From an uncultured delta proteobacterium (GTDB taxonomy: Bacteria > Myxococcota_A > Polyangia > Polyangiales > Polyangiaceae): a DNA stretch of 64,000 bases. The notes beneath the pieces are model-generated. The model worked only from the letters and a program-made list of their open reading frames with translations. It was not told where the DNA came from and did not search any database. The stretch is from contig CAWJCS010000006.1 of NCBI GenBank assembly GCA_963841435.1, positions 1,152,001-1,216,000 of the forward strand. Direction: 5' to 3'. Positions 1-10,097 of this stretch are shown piece by piece (position 1 is the first letter of the stretch; every line of letters begins with the position of its first letter). A program made the translations under genes and the position numbers.

Positions 1-1224
1 GTCGATGTCGGTGCCCGTGAGCTTTCGGTAGGGCCCGAGTCGCGCGCGCTCGACGAGCTCGAGGCCGCTGCCGACGAAGGGATCCCAGATCAGGTCGTCG
101 GCGCGCACGCCTGCCACGCGCGCGAGCGCAGCGGCCACCGTCGGGTGTGACGCAGCGGGCACGTCGCGTACGCGGTAGGCGAAACGGGGGTCGTCGAAGC
201 CGCGCGGCGCGAGCACGAGCGACGCCGGCGTGCCGCGCTCGTCGACCACCACCTCCCAGCTCGCGCCTCGCGAATCGTTGACGAGCTCGGGCGCGTAGCG
301 AGACAGGGACGACGCCACTTTCCACGCCAGCGCCCGGCGGTGCCCCCGCTCCGTGAAGCTCAGGCGAAAGCGCGGCGTTCCGTCCGTCCACGCCTTGAGC
401 ACGCGCCGGACGCGGTCCGTCCCGAGCGTCCGGAGAATTCCCTCGGCGAGATCCGGCTGCCGCACGAGCTCTACCTCGACGCCCCATTCGAGCGGCAGCC
501 GCGCCGCGAGCAACTCGCCCAGCGTGCCGCTCCAGGGCAGCTCGACGATGCTCGAGCTTCGCACCCGGGGTCGCCCGAGCCCCCGGAGCTCGGCCGCCAT
601 CAGCTCGGCGAGCCCCGCACGACAGCGTGCGAGCACGAGCGATCGCTCCCCGAGCAGCCGGTCCAAAACGATGCGGCTCGGCACACCGCGACTCTCGCGA
701 CGCTCGATGAGCGTGAGCGCATTGGCGACTCGGCGGCAAAGCTCCGGGTCGGTCTCGGCATCGGCGCGCAATCGCTCACACGCCGGAGCAGAGCCGACCT
801 TGCCGAGCGCTTCGGCGATGGCGCGTTTGAGCGGCAGGTCGCCCTTTTCGTACGCGTCGAGCAGCGCCAGCTCGCTCGCGGCGTCGGCATCGAGCCGTCC
901 GAGGGCGCTCGCCGCACGGCGGCGCACGAGCGCGTCGCCGTCGCCGAGTGCATCCAAGAGCGCGGCGGAGGCCCGCGCGTCCCCCAGCCGCCCGAGCAGA
1001 GCGACGAGAGCTGCACGCCCGCGTGTGCCGGGCGCCGCGAGCTTTGCGAGCGCCGGGGCGACCGCCGCTTCACCGGCGCGCGCGATCACGCGGCCGACGA
1101 TCTTTTGCTGGTCGCGGTCGGCGTTAACCAGGCGCTCGAATAGCGCGGGCAGGTCGCGGGCGGGCGGCGTGTAGCCGGGATCGCCGAGTAGCGTGTCGAG
1201 GTCGCGCGCCGGGTCTCGCTGCAT
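1..1224 (-). CDS. HEAT-repeat-containing class I SAM-dependent (RNA) methyltransferase, 3'-truncated by window edge
   Basis: Not in the ORF track because it is open at the edge. Manual translation of the start, middle and end (same frame) from ATG 1224: MQRDPARDL..., HEAT-like LLDALGDGDALVRRRAASAL, and near the edge PAASHPTVAAALARVAGVRADDLIWDPFVGSGLELVER...GTDID (DPFxGSG SAM-binding motif of the UPF0020/RlmL-Trm11 type). Confidence 0.75.
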   Translation of the reverse strand, partial: MQRDPARDLDTLLGDPGYTPPARDLPALFERLVNADRDQQKIVGRVIARAGEAAVAPALAKLAAPGTRGRAALVALLGRLGDARASAALLDALGDGDALVRRRAASALGRLDADAASELALLDAYEKGDLPLKRAIAEALGKVGSAPACERLRADAETDPELCRRVANALTLIERRESRGVPSRIVLDRLLGERSLVLARCRAGLAELMAAELRGLGRPRVRSSSIVELPWSGTLGELLAARLPLEWGVEVELVRQPDLAEGILRTLGTDRVRRVLKAWTDGTPRFRLSFTERGHRRALAWKVASSLSRYAPELVNDSRGASWEVVVDERGTPASLVLAPRGFDDPRFAYRVRDVPAASHPTVAAALARVAGVRADDLIWDPFVGSGLELVERARLGPYRKLTGTDID

Positions 1225-1238
1225 GTTAGGACGGGCCG

Positions 1239-1829
1239 GTGACCTACCGCCCGCTCGCCTCCTGGCAAGTGTTAAACAGCAAAGTCATCGTCGATCGGCG
1301 CTGGATCGAGGTTCACGAAGAGCACCTCCGGCTGCCGAGCGGACACGAGATCCAGGAATTTCACCGCATCGTCTCGCCCAGCTGGTCAGCGGCCCTCTGT
1401 GTCACCGAAGACGACCAGGTCGTGCTCGTGCGGCAGTATCGGCGCGGCATCGCGGCCGAGAGCCTCGAGCTGCCGGCGGGTGTCATCGAGCCGGGTGAGA
1501 GCCCGCTCGCGGCCGCCCAGCGCGAGCTCGCCGAGGAGGCCGGCTACGAGGCCGACGAGTGGTATCCCATCGTGACGGTCGCCACGGAGCCGTCGCGGCA
1601 CACGGTGTACGCACACTTCTTCTGTGCCCGAGGCGCGCGCTCGCTCGGCAGGCGCGCACCGGAAGAAAGCGAGGACATCAACGTCGTGACCGTGCCGCGC
1701 GCCCAGGTCGTCGAGCTTTGCGCGAGCGGCGGCATCGTGCATGGCGTTCACGTGGGCGCCGTCCTGCTCGCCGAGCGGCGCGGATTGCTCGCAAAGGAAG
1801 TCGCAAAATCGAGTCCGGACGCTCCGTGA
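1239..1829 (+). CDS. NUDIX hydrolase (ADP-ribose pyrophosphatase-like)
   Basis: Nudix box GVIEPGESPLAAAQRELAEEAGY preceded by LVRQYR...LELPAG. Confidence 0.9.
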   Translation: MTYRPLASWQVLNSKVIVDRRWIEVHEEHLRLPSGHEIQEFHRIVSPSWSAALCVTEDDQVVLVRQYRRGIAAESLELPAGVIEPGESPLAAAQRELAEEAGYEADEWYPIVTVATEPSRHTVYAHFFCARGARSLGRRAPEESEDINVVTVPRAQVVELCASGGIVHGVHVGAVLLAERRGLLAKEVAKSSPDAP

Positions 1830-1842
1830 CCCTGGAACGCCG

Positions 1843-2880
1843 ATGAGCGCCGCGCGCGAGCCGAGCAGCGACGAGCTCGAGGGGCGGGTTCTCCCGGTGA
1901 TAAAGCGCCTGCACCGGCGCCTCAGGGCGGACGTGCTGGCCGCGTGCCGCACCCTGGGCGAGGAGGAGCTCCGGCAGGTCTCGGGCGACGCCGGCGGCGA
2001 TACGCTTTACGCGCTCGACCGCGTGAGCGAATCGCTCCTGTTCGAGGAGCTCGGTCGTGACGCCGAGGCCCTGGGTGGCATCGTGCTCGTCGCCGAGGGG
2101 CTCGCCGAAGGGTTCGCGGTGCTGCCCGCCGGCACGAGCCGCGCGGCGGCGCGCCTCGTCGTCATCGTGGACCCGATCGACGGCACGCGCGGGCTCATGT
2201 ACCAGAAGCGTAGCGCCTGGGCCCTCACGGGAGTGGCGCCGAACCGCGGTGAGGCGACGCGCCTCTCCGACATCCGCCTCGCGGTGCAGACCGAAATCCC
2301 GCTCGTCAAGCAGTACCTCGCCGACGAGCTCTTCGCGCTGCGGGGCGGGGGTGCGCGCGCCGAGCGCGTGAACGTGCTCGACGGCGAGCGTTCTCCGCTC
2401 ACGTTGCGGCCGTCGCGCGCGCCGACACCCGAGCACGGTTTCGCCATGCTGAGCCGTTTCTTCCCTGGCGCGCGCGATACGCTCGCCGCGATCGACGAGG
2501 AAGTGATCCGCGCCGTGCTCGGTGTGCCGCCCCCGGGTCGCGCGCTGTGCTTCGAGGAGCAATACGCCTCGACGGCGGGGCAGCTCTACGAGCTTGCCAT
2601 CGGTCACGATCGTTTCATCGCGGACCTCAGGCCACTGATGACGGGCGTGCTCGCCTCACGCGGCGAGGCGCCGGGGCTCGCGTGCCATCCGTACGACTTG
2701 GCAGCGTCCCTCGTGGCGAGCGAGGCCGGCGTGATCCTCACGGCGCCGGGCGGCGGCCCGCTCGACGTGCCGCTCGATCTCGAAACCCCGGTGGCCTGGG
2801 TGGGCTACGCGAACGCCGCGCTCCGCTCGCTGATCGAGCCCGCGCTGCGCACCGCGCTCGAGCGCCGGGGCCTCCTTTGA
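1843..2880 (+). CDS. Inositol monophosphatase/FIG superfamily phosphatase
   Basis: IVDPIDGT metal-binding motif and HPYDLAA in place of the usual WD motif; start placed at ATG 1843. Confidence 0.8.
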   Translation: MSAAREPSSDELEGRVLPVIKRLHRRLRADVLAACRTLGEEELRQVSGDAGGDTLYALDRVSESLLFEELGRDAEALGGIVLVAEGLAEGFAVLPAGTSRAAARLVVIVDPIDGTRGLMYQKRSAWALTGVAPNRGEATRLSDIRLAVQTEIPLVKQYLADELFALRGGGARAERVNVLDGERSPLTLRPSRAPTPEHGFAMLSRFFPGARDTLAAIDEEVIRAVLGVPPPGRALCFEEQYASTAGQLYELAIGHDRFIADLRPLMTGVLASRGEAPGLACHPYDLAASLVASEAGVILTAPGGGPLDVPLDLETPVAWVGYANAALRSLIEPALRTALERRGLL

Positions 2881-3013
2881 GCGAGCCGGACGAGCGCGAA
2901 ACGGCCCGCGCCCAGCGCGTTTTCGCGGATTCTTCGCCGGGTGCGCCCGGCTTCGGAGCGGCGCGCTTGCGTCCCGACGCCGAAGGCTCCACCAAATCGA
3001 CGGCGATCCTCAC

Positions 3014-3865
3014 ATGAAGCTCTGTCGCATGGGAAAGGCCGGGGCCGAACGCCCCGCCGTCGCGCTCGCCGACGGGATCCGTGACGCCTCGGCGTTCGGA
3101 AGCGACTGGAACGAGACCTTCTTCGCGGGTGACGGCATCGAGCGTCTGCGTCGCTTCGTCGAGCGCGAGGGCGACCGCTTGCCGCGCATCCCCGACGGCG
3201 AGCGTTTCGGCCCCGCCGTGGCGCGCCCCGTGAAGATCGTTTGCGTGGGCCGCAACTATCGCGCCCACGCCGAAGAAACCGGCGCACCGCTGCCGACGGA
3301 GCCGCTCCTGTTCATGAAGGCGACGAGCGCCCTGTGCGGACCCTCGGACGATCTGGTGCTCCCGCGCGGCGCCGCCAGCGTAGACTGGGAGGTGGAGCTC
3401 GCCGTGGTCATCGGACGCGAGGCGCGGCACGTGGCGCACGAGCGCGCACTCGAGCACGTGGCGGGCTACTCGCTGTTCAACGACGTGACCGAGCGCGGTC
3501 ATCAGCGCGAACGGGGCGGGCAATGGACGAAAGGCAAGAGCCACGACGGCTTCGCGCCGCTCGGCCCGTACCTGGTCACGGCCGACGAGCTCGAGCACGG
3601 CCGCATCGAGCTCGGCTTGACGGTGAACGGCGTGGAGCGCCAGCGCGCCTCCACCGCCAAGCTGATCTTCGACGTGCCGACGCTCGTTGCCTACGTGAGC
3701 GACTTCATGACGCTCTGCCCCGGCGACGTGATCTCGACCGGCACTCCCGAGGGCGTGGGCTTCGGTCACGACCCGCCGATCTTCCTCGCGCCGGGCGACG
3801 TGATCGACGCGATGGGCGAAGGGCTCGGCAGCTCCCGGCGACGCGTCGTCGTATTCGGCGGGTAG
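3014..3865 (+). CDS. Fumarylacetoacetate hydrolase family protein
   Basis: KIVCVGRNYRAH, DWEVEL, NDVTER, GKSHD, PGDVISTGTPEGVG motifs. Confidence 0.93.
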   Translation: MKLCRMGKAGAERPAVALADGIRDASAFGSDWNETFFAGDGIERLRRFVEREGDRLPRIPDGERFGPAVARPVKIVCVGRNYRAHAEETGAPLPTEPLLFMKATSALCGPSDDLVLPRGAASVDWEVELAVVIGREARHVAHERALEHVAGYSLFNDVTERGHQRERGGQWTKGKSHDGFAPLGPYLVTADELEHGRIELGLTVNGVERQRASTAKLIFDVPTLVAYVSDFMTLCPGDVISTGTPEGVGFGHDPPIFLAPGDVIDAMGEGLGSSRRRVVVFGG

Positions 3866-4561
3866 ATGCACGAGCGGCTCTTTCTCGTCCTCCTCTTGCT
3901 CGCGGCGGCCTGCCGTCCGGTGCCAAGCTCGGTGCCGCTCGGCGACAGCGGGCGGCACGACTATGCCGGGCTCGCCGACCTCGTCGATCGCCGCCCGCGC
4001 GAGGACACGGCCGATCTCGATCTCGACGACGCCGACGAAATCGAGGTCACGGCGTCCGCGCCGCGCGCTTCGGCGTCCTCGGGGTCACTGCCGCCGGTGA
4101 CCCCGGGCGCGTCCCACGCGCCGACGGACGACGCGACCTGGCCGGGCGAGTATTACGGCTCCGACCGCTTCACGTGGCAGGGTTTCGACGGTCGAGAATC
4201 GGTGGAGGTCGACGACAAGGCGCACACGCGCGTCGAGTCCTCCTCCGACGGCGAGATCGTGATCACCATCGTCAACAGCCAGACGGGCGAGTCGATCTGC
4301 GCGCTCCACGCCACGACGACCGGCTCGGAAGCGACGATCCGCGAGGATGAGACCTGCTTCGGCAGCGCCGAGCTCGCCGCCACCGTCACCGAGGGTCACG
4401 CCTCCGTCAACGGCGATCGACTGACCCTCGACTTCAAGGCGCACCTCGATCAGGGCCTCGACCTCGATGGCGACGACGACGAGGGCGACGACGACGACGA
4501 CGACACGGTGACCACCTCGCGCGCCGCGGGCAGCTACCACTTCGACGGCCAGCGCCAGTAG
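3866..4561 (+). CDS. Hypothetical acidic lipoprotein
   Basis: Signal peptide with lipobox-like LLAAAC; beta-rich body; Asp-rich tract; starts immediately after the upstream stop. Confidence 0.65.
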   Translation: MHERLFLVLLLLAAACRPVPSSVPLGDSGRHDYAGLADLVDRRPREDTADLDLDDADEIEVTASAPRASASSGSLPPVTPGASHAPTDDATWPGEYYGSDRFTWQGFDGRESVEVDDKAHTRVESSSDGEIVITIVNSQTGESICALHATTTGSEATIREDETCFGSAELAATVTEGHASVNGDRLTLDFKAHLDQGLDLDGDDDEGDDDDDDTVTTSRAAGSYHFDGQRQ

Positions 4562-4741
4562 CTTTTCGGGTACCGGCGGGGCCGGGCGACCTGACGCCGT
4601 TGCCGTCGGCCGGCTCCGCGCGCGGCGGGCACGGTCCCCCCGCCCCCCTGCGGAAATTTACCGGAGTGCGAGATCCGCTGATCTCGGCTAAACGATCGAC
4701 CTCGGCCGACCCGCGGGTCGTTCGCGCACGGTTCCCCCTCG

Positions 4742-5197
4742 ATGAAGATCCGGACGCTCCCCGACAACAGCCAGCTCCTCTTCGACGAGCAGGGGATCAT
4801 GCAGATGCATGACTTCGGCGGTGGCGTCTCGCTGCACGTGCGAAAAGGCATCATGACGGCCGATTTCGCCGTTCGCGTCATCGAGGACGGCGAGCGGCAG
4901 CTGGGCGTTTTTGGCCGCTACGTGCTGATGGTCGACGGGAGCGAGACCAGGATGCACACGACCGAGTTCCGCGAGGTCATGACCAACTGGTTCATGCCCC
5001 GGACGACGGCGGTCGTGCACATGCTCATCCGCTCGAAGATGCTCGACATGGCGCTCACGGTTGCGAACCTCGCCATGGGCTCGACGCGCGCCCACACGTA
5101 CGTCGATGCGGGCGCCTGGGAGGCGGTTGGCCGGCGCGAGGCGAGCTCCTTCAGGCGCCGGCCGCTGGTCCTGCCGAAGGACGTGCTTTCGCGCTGA
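4742..5197 (+). CDS. Hypothetical protein (STAS/SEC14-like small myxobacterial protein)
   Basis: Clean high-GC3 ORF; alpha/beta pattern (VLMVDGS...VHMLIRSKMLDMALTVANL). Family assignment is a guess. Confidence 0.55.
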   Translation: MKIRTLPDNSQLLFDEQGIMQMHDFGGGVSLHVRKGIMTADFAVRVIEDGERQLGVFGRYVLMVDGSETRMHTTEFREVMTNWFMPRTTAVVHMLIRSKMLDMALTVANLAMGSTRAHTYVDAGAWEAVGRREASSFRRRPLVLPKDVLSR

Positions 5198-5310
5198 GGC
5201 CGGCTGGCGGCCGTCGCCAGCCGGGGCGACCGGCTCACGTCGGACGAACAATGTCAGGGCTTGGGTGGCGCCGGCGTTCGCTCGCGGCGGCCCGGTGATA
5301 AGGGTTTCGC

Positions 5311-6577
5311 GTGCCGAAGCTGGTTCACGCCGCGGACCTGCATCTCGACAGCCCCCTGTGCGGCCTCGAGCGCTACCCGGGGGCGCCCGTCGGCGAGCTT
5401 CGGCGTGCGACTCGCGACGCCCTCGCTCGCCTGGTCGAGCTCACGATCGCCGAGGGGGCGGGGCTTCTCTTGATTGCCGGCGACTTGTTCGACGGTGGCT
5501 GGCGTGACTACTCGACGGGATTGTTCTTCGCCGAACAGATGAAGCGTCTCAAGGACGCGGACGTCAAGGTGGTGTGGATCCGCGGCAACCACGACGCGGC
5601 GAGCCGGCTCACGCGCCACCTCTCGCCGCCCGACAACGTCAGGGAGCTCGAGCACCGCCGCCCCGAGAGCGTGACGTTCGAGGAGCTCGACGTCGTCGTC
5701 CACGGACAGGGCTTTTCCCAGCGGGACGTGCGGGAGGATTCTTGCGAGCGGCTACCCCGAACGCGTGCCGGGCGCGCTCAACGTGGGCCTCTTGCACACG
5801 GCGCTCGACGGCCGCGAAGGGCATGCCCTGTATGCGCCCTGCACGCTCGCTTCGCTCGTCGATCGTGGTTACGAGTACTGGGCGCTCGGCCACGTGCACC
5901 GGCACGAGATCGCGCACGCCCATCCTTTCGTCGTGTACCCGGGCAACCTCCAGGGGCGCCACGCGCGTGAGACGGGGCCGAAAGGCGCGGTCGTCGTGAG
6001 CTACGAGGGCGCCCGCGTGACGGCCGTCGAGCACCGCGCGCTCGACGTCGTGCGCTGGGAGCGCGTCACCGTCGACCTTACCGAACGGAACGGCATCGGC
6101 GAGGTCGAGGACGCCGTGCGCGCGTCGATCGAGTCCGCGCTTCGAGCTGCCGGGGAGCGCCTGCTCGCCGTGCGCGTCGTGCTCACGGGGGCGAGCGCCG
6201 CGCATGCTGCGCTGCACCGCGATCCGGAGCTCGCCGCCACGATTGCGCGCGAGGTCGCGATCGATCTCACGGCGGGCTCGGTCTGGGTGGAGCGAGTGCT
6301 CGTCGAGACGCGCGCGCCGTCAACGCAGCTCGTCGAGCTCGCGTCACGCGTCGGGCCGCTCGGCGAGCTGGCCCGCGAGATCCGCGCGCTCGAGGCGGAC
6401 CCCGAGTCGCTCGCGGCGTTCTTCGGCGAAATCCCGGGGCTCTCGGACGTTTTGCGCAAGCTGCGTCCGGCGAGCGACGAAAGCGGCGGCACGGGTGAAG
6501 GCGCGCTCGAGCCTTCGGCCCTGCTCCACGACGCCGAGGCGCTCTTGGTCTCGCGCCTCTCGGAGCTCGAAGAATGA
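5311..6577 (+). CDS. DNA repair exonuclease, SbcD/Mre11 (YhaO-like); one frameshift near 5740
   Basis: HAADLHLD, AGDLFD, GNHD in the first frame; GLLHT, YWALGHVH, YPGNLQGR in the second. Removing one T at 5739-5740 gives EDLASGYPERVPGALNVG. Confidence 0.88.
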
Positions 6578-6608
6578 GCCTCGCCGCAAAAGGGGAGCTT
6601 CGCGGCCG

Positions 6609-9600
6609 ATGAGGATCGCCCGGCTCGAGCTCAGGGCGTTCGGCCCGTTCACGGGCGTCACGCTCGATCTCTCGGCGGGCGCACCGGGCGGGCTCCACGT
6701 GATCTACGGCCCCAACGAAGCGGGAAAATCGAGCGCTCGCCGAGCGCTCGCCGACTTGCTCTTCGGGTTCGAGCAGCGCACGGGCGACGCGCATCGCCAC
6801 CGCTACGAAGCGTTGCGCATCGCCGCAGTGCTCACGGGCCCCGAGGGCGAGCTCTTCGTCGAGCGGAGAAAGGCCCGCAAGGGCTCGCTGCGCGACGCCG
6901 CCGGCGAGGTGCTCGACGACGCGCTGCTCGAGCGCCTGCTCGGCGGCGTGGACCGCGCGACGTTCGCCCGCACCTTCGGCCTCGGGCACGAGGAGCTTCG
7001 CACCGGCGGCGAAGAGATGCTGCGCGGTGAGGCCAGCGTTGGGGAAACCCTGTTCGATGCGGGCGCCGGTGGGCCGGGCGTGAAGCGCCTGCGCGAGGCG
7101 CTCGTCCAGGAGGAAGAACGGCTCTACCGTCCGCGCGGCAAGCAGCAAGAGCTCAATCAGCTCCTCGAGCGCCACGCCGAGGCGCGCCGCCGCTGCCAGG
7201 AAGCGGTGCTCTTGCCCGAGAGCCACCGGGAGCAGGAGGAAACGCTCGCCGCGGCGCGCCGGGAGCTCGCGGTGCTCTCGGAGCGGCTGGAGTCGCTGCG
7301 CGCCGAGCAGTACCGCCTGATCGGGTTGAGCGGCGCCCTGCCGGCGCTCACGGAGCGCGTCACGGCCACGACCGAGCTCGAGGGGCTCGCCGGCGTGCCG
7401 CTGCTCGCCGAGGACGCGCGCGAGCGACGGGAAAGAGCCCAGGCACGCGAGCTCGAGGCGCGAGCCGCCGCGGAGCGTCTCACGGAGGAGCTCGCGCGCG
7501 GGCGTGCTCGCCGGGACGAGCTCGTCGTGCCCGCGGGTCTTGCCACGATCGGCGCGGGGCGCATTGCCGCGCTCGCCGATGCCGTGGGGCGCACGCGCAA
7601 GGCGCGCGCCAATCTGCCGCGCATCGAGAACGAACGGCGGCGTCTGAGCTCGGAGATGCGCGCGAGCCTGCGCCGGCTGGGGCGAGACGCCGACCGAGCG
7701 CCGCCCCTCGAGGTGCCGCCCGCCGAAGGCGCGCGCATCCGCAAGCTCGCGACGCTCCGCGACAAGCTCGACGAGCGCGTCACGCTTTCGCACGCGCGTC
7801 TCGCCGCCACGCGGCGCGATCTCGCCGAGCAGCGCCTGCGGCTCGAACGCCTCCCTCCCACGATGCACGGCGAGGCGCTGTCGCGTGCCCTGTCACTGGC
7901 GCGCTCGCTCGGCGATGTCGAAGCGCCGCTCGCGGAGCTCGAGCGCGACGAAAGGGCGCTCGAGCGAGAATTTAGCCGCAAGCTGCGCGACCTCAAGCCT
8001 TTCGCCGGTGACGCCTCGGCGCTCGAGGCGCTCGAGGTGCCGTCCGCTGAGGCCGTCGAGCGGCTTTCGGCCGACGCGGCGCGCCTCGAGGCCGACGAAC
8101 GCGCGCTCTCGGACGAAAAAGCGGGCCTTGCGCGGCGGCTCGCGGACGTGACGGCGCGGCTCGGCGCCCTCGCGGGCGAAGGGACGCTGCCGAGTGAGGC
8201 CGAGCTCTTCGCCGTGCGCACCGAGCGCGACGGCGCCGCGGACCGGCTCCGCGCCACGTGGAATCGGGGCGCCGCATTCGACGAGGTCGGCTGGCGTGGT
8301 TTCACGGACCTCGGGTCGCACGCCGATGGCGTCGCCGATCGGCTGCGGCGCGAAGCCGATCGCGTCGCAGCGCGGGCGCAGGCCGAAAGCGAGCGGGCGG
8401 CCCTCGCGGGTGAGGCCACGCGCGTGCAAGACGAAAAGGGCGCCGTCGCCGTGCGCCGCGCCGCCCACGAACGCGCGCTCGGTGCGCTCGCCGCGAGCCT
8501 TTCGATGCCCGTGCCGAGCCCACCGGAGCTCTTGGGCTGGCTCGCGCGACGCGAGCAGGTGCTCGAGCTCCTCGAGCGACGGCGCCGCCTCACCGAGCAG
8601 AGCGAGCGACTGGTCGGTGCTCGCCGCCGCCTCGATGCCGCGCTCTCGGCCGCGCTCGGCGGCGGCGCGCCCGACGACTTGCTCTCGTCACGCGTGGAGC
8701 GCGCGGCGTCGCTCGAGCGCGAAGAAGGCCGTCGTGCGAGCGAGCGACGCGAGGTCGAGCGCAGCATCGATGCGCTCGAGGCACGCCTCGGCGAGGAGAC
8801 GCTCGCCGCGGAGACGGCCGAGGGAGCGCTCGCGGACTGGCGCGTGAGTTGGGCGGAGGCGCTCGGTGCGCTCGGCGCGGGCTCGAGCCTCGAGCCCGAA
8901 GCGGCGCTCGTCGTGCTCGCTGAGCTTTCCGCGCTTTCGGAGCGGAGCGATCGCATCCAGAGTCTCGAGCACCGTGTCCTCGGCATCCAGCGTGACGAAG
9001 CGAGGCTCGCGGCCGAGGTGGCCGAGCCCGCCGTGGTCTTCGGCGTCACGGTGGACCCGGCGGAGCCGGACCGCGCCGCCGAGGAGGTCGTCGAGCTGCA
9101 CCGTCGCGCGACGAACGCCGCGGACGAGCGCGCGCGACTCGAAACCGAGCTTGCCGAGCGCGAGGCCGAGCTCGCCGGGGAGCGCCAGACGCTTTCGGCG
9201 GCGCGCGCCGAGCTCGCCGAGCTCTGCCGCGCGGCCGGTGCCAGCGAGCCCGCGGAGCTGGCCGTTCTCGAAGCCCGGAGCCTGAGGCGCCGCGAGCTCA
9301 CGCGCCGCGTCGAGGAGCTCGACGCAGCCCTCGTGGCCTCGTCGAAGGGCCGCCCCGTGGCTGATCTGTTGAAGGAAGCCGAGCACGAGACCGCGCCGCG
9401 CCTGCACGCGCGCCTCGACGAGATCGAACGCGAGCTCGGCGAGCTCGACGAGCAGCGCGGGCGGTCGCTCGACCAAGTCGCGAGCATCCAGGCGGGCCTC
9501 GCGCGGCAGTCGGCCGCCGAGGGTGCGGACGCCGTCCAGGACGAGCAAGCGCTCGCGGCGGCCGTGCGCGAGCGCATCGAGCGCTACGCGCGCCTCCGGG

Positions 9601-10058
9601 TGGCAAGCTCGCTGCTCGAGCGCGCCGTCGAACGCTACCGGCTCGCCAATCAGGGTCCCGTGCTCAAGCGCGCGGGCGAGCTCTTCGCGCGGCTGACGGC
9701 GGGCGCGTACGTGACGTTGCGCGTGGGGCGCGAGGAGGCCGCGATCGCGGCCGTGGCCCCCGACGGTCGGGAGCTCTTGCCCGATCAGCTGAGCGAGGGG
9801 ACGCGTTATCAGCTCTATCTTGCGCTCCGGCTCGCGAGCATCGAGCGGCACGCCGAGACCGCCGACACGCTGCCCCTCGTGCTCGACGATGCCATCATCC
9901 ACTTCGACGAGGCACGCAAGCACGCGGCGTTCGGGCTGTTCGGCGAGCTCGCCGAGCGCCACCAGATCCTGTTTTTTACGCACCTCGAGCACGACGTCGC
10001 GATCGCCCGCGCCGCGCTCGGCGACCGCGCGTTCTTCCACGAGCTCGGCCCGCGCTGA
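6609..10058 (+). CDS. SMC/Rad50-like ATPase (YhaN/AAA_27 family)
   Basis: MRIARLELRAFGPF start, Walker A GPNEAGKS, long coiled coil, signature LSEGT, Walker B LPLVLDD, C-terminal FFTH. Confidence 0.9.
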   Translation: MRIARLELRAFGPFTGVTLDLSAGAPGGLHVIYGPNEAGKSSARRALADLLFGFEQRTGDAHRHRYEALRIAAVLTGPEGELFVERRKARKGSLRDAAGEVLDDALLERLLGGVDRATFARTFGLGHEELRTGGEEMLRGEASVGETLFDAGAGGPGVKRLREALVQEEERLYRPRGKQQELNQLLERHAEARRRCQEAVLLPESHREQEETLAAARRELAVLSERLESLRAEQYRLIGLSGALPALTERVTATTELEGLAGVPLLAEDARERRERAQARELEARAAAERLTEELARGRARRDELVVPAGLATIGAGRIAALADAVGRTRKARANLPRIENERRRLSSEMRASLRRLGRDADRAPPLEVPPAEGARIRKLATLRDKLDERVTLSHARLAATRRDLAEQRLRLERLPPTMHGEALSRALSLARSLGDVEAPLAELERDERALEREFSRKLRDLKPFAGDASALEALEVPSAEAVERLSADAARLEADERALSDEKAGLARRLADVTARLGALAGEGTLPSEAELFAVRTERDGAADRLRATWNRGAAFDEVGWRGFTDLGSHADGVADRLRREADRVAARAQAESERAALAGEATRVQDEKGAVAVRRAAHERALGALAASLSMPVPSPPELLGWLARREQVLELLERRRRLTEQSERLVGARRRLDAALSAALGGGAPDDLLSSRVERAASLEREEGRRASERREVERSIDALEARLGEETLAAETAEGALADWRVSWAEALGALGAGSSLEPEAALVVLAELSALSERSDRIQSLEHRVLGIQRDEARLAAEVAEPAVVFGVTVDPAEPDRAAEEVVELHRRATNAADERARLETELAEREAELAGERQTLSAARAELAELCRAAGASEPAELAVLEARSLRRRELTRRVEELDAALVASSKGRPVADLLKEAEHETAPRLHARLDEIERELGELDEQRGRSLDQVASIQAGLARQSAAEGADAVQDEQALAAAVRERIERYARLRVASSLLERAVERYRLANQGPVLKRAGELFARLTAGAYVTLRVGREEAAIAAVAPDGRELLPDQLSEGTRYQLYLALRLASIERHAETADTLPLVLDDAIIHFDEARKHAAFGLFGELAERHQILFFTHLEHDVAIARAALGDRAFFHELGPR

Positions 10059-10097
10059 CGCACGGCCGAAAGCCGTGGTACGACCGCGCCGATCCCG

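Noticed and set aside
340-1174. Plus-strand ORFs 340-1143 and 353-1174
   Set aside because: Antisense to the HEAT/methyltransferase gene; low-complexity translations.
4669-4686. Inverted repeat CGAGATC-cgct-GATCTCG upstream of 4742
   Set aside because: Could be an operator, but a single 7-bp palindrome with no nearby regulator is not enough support.
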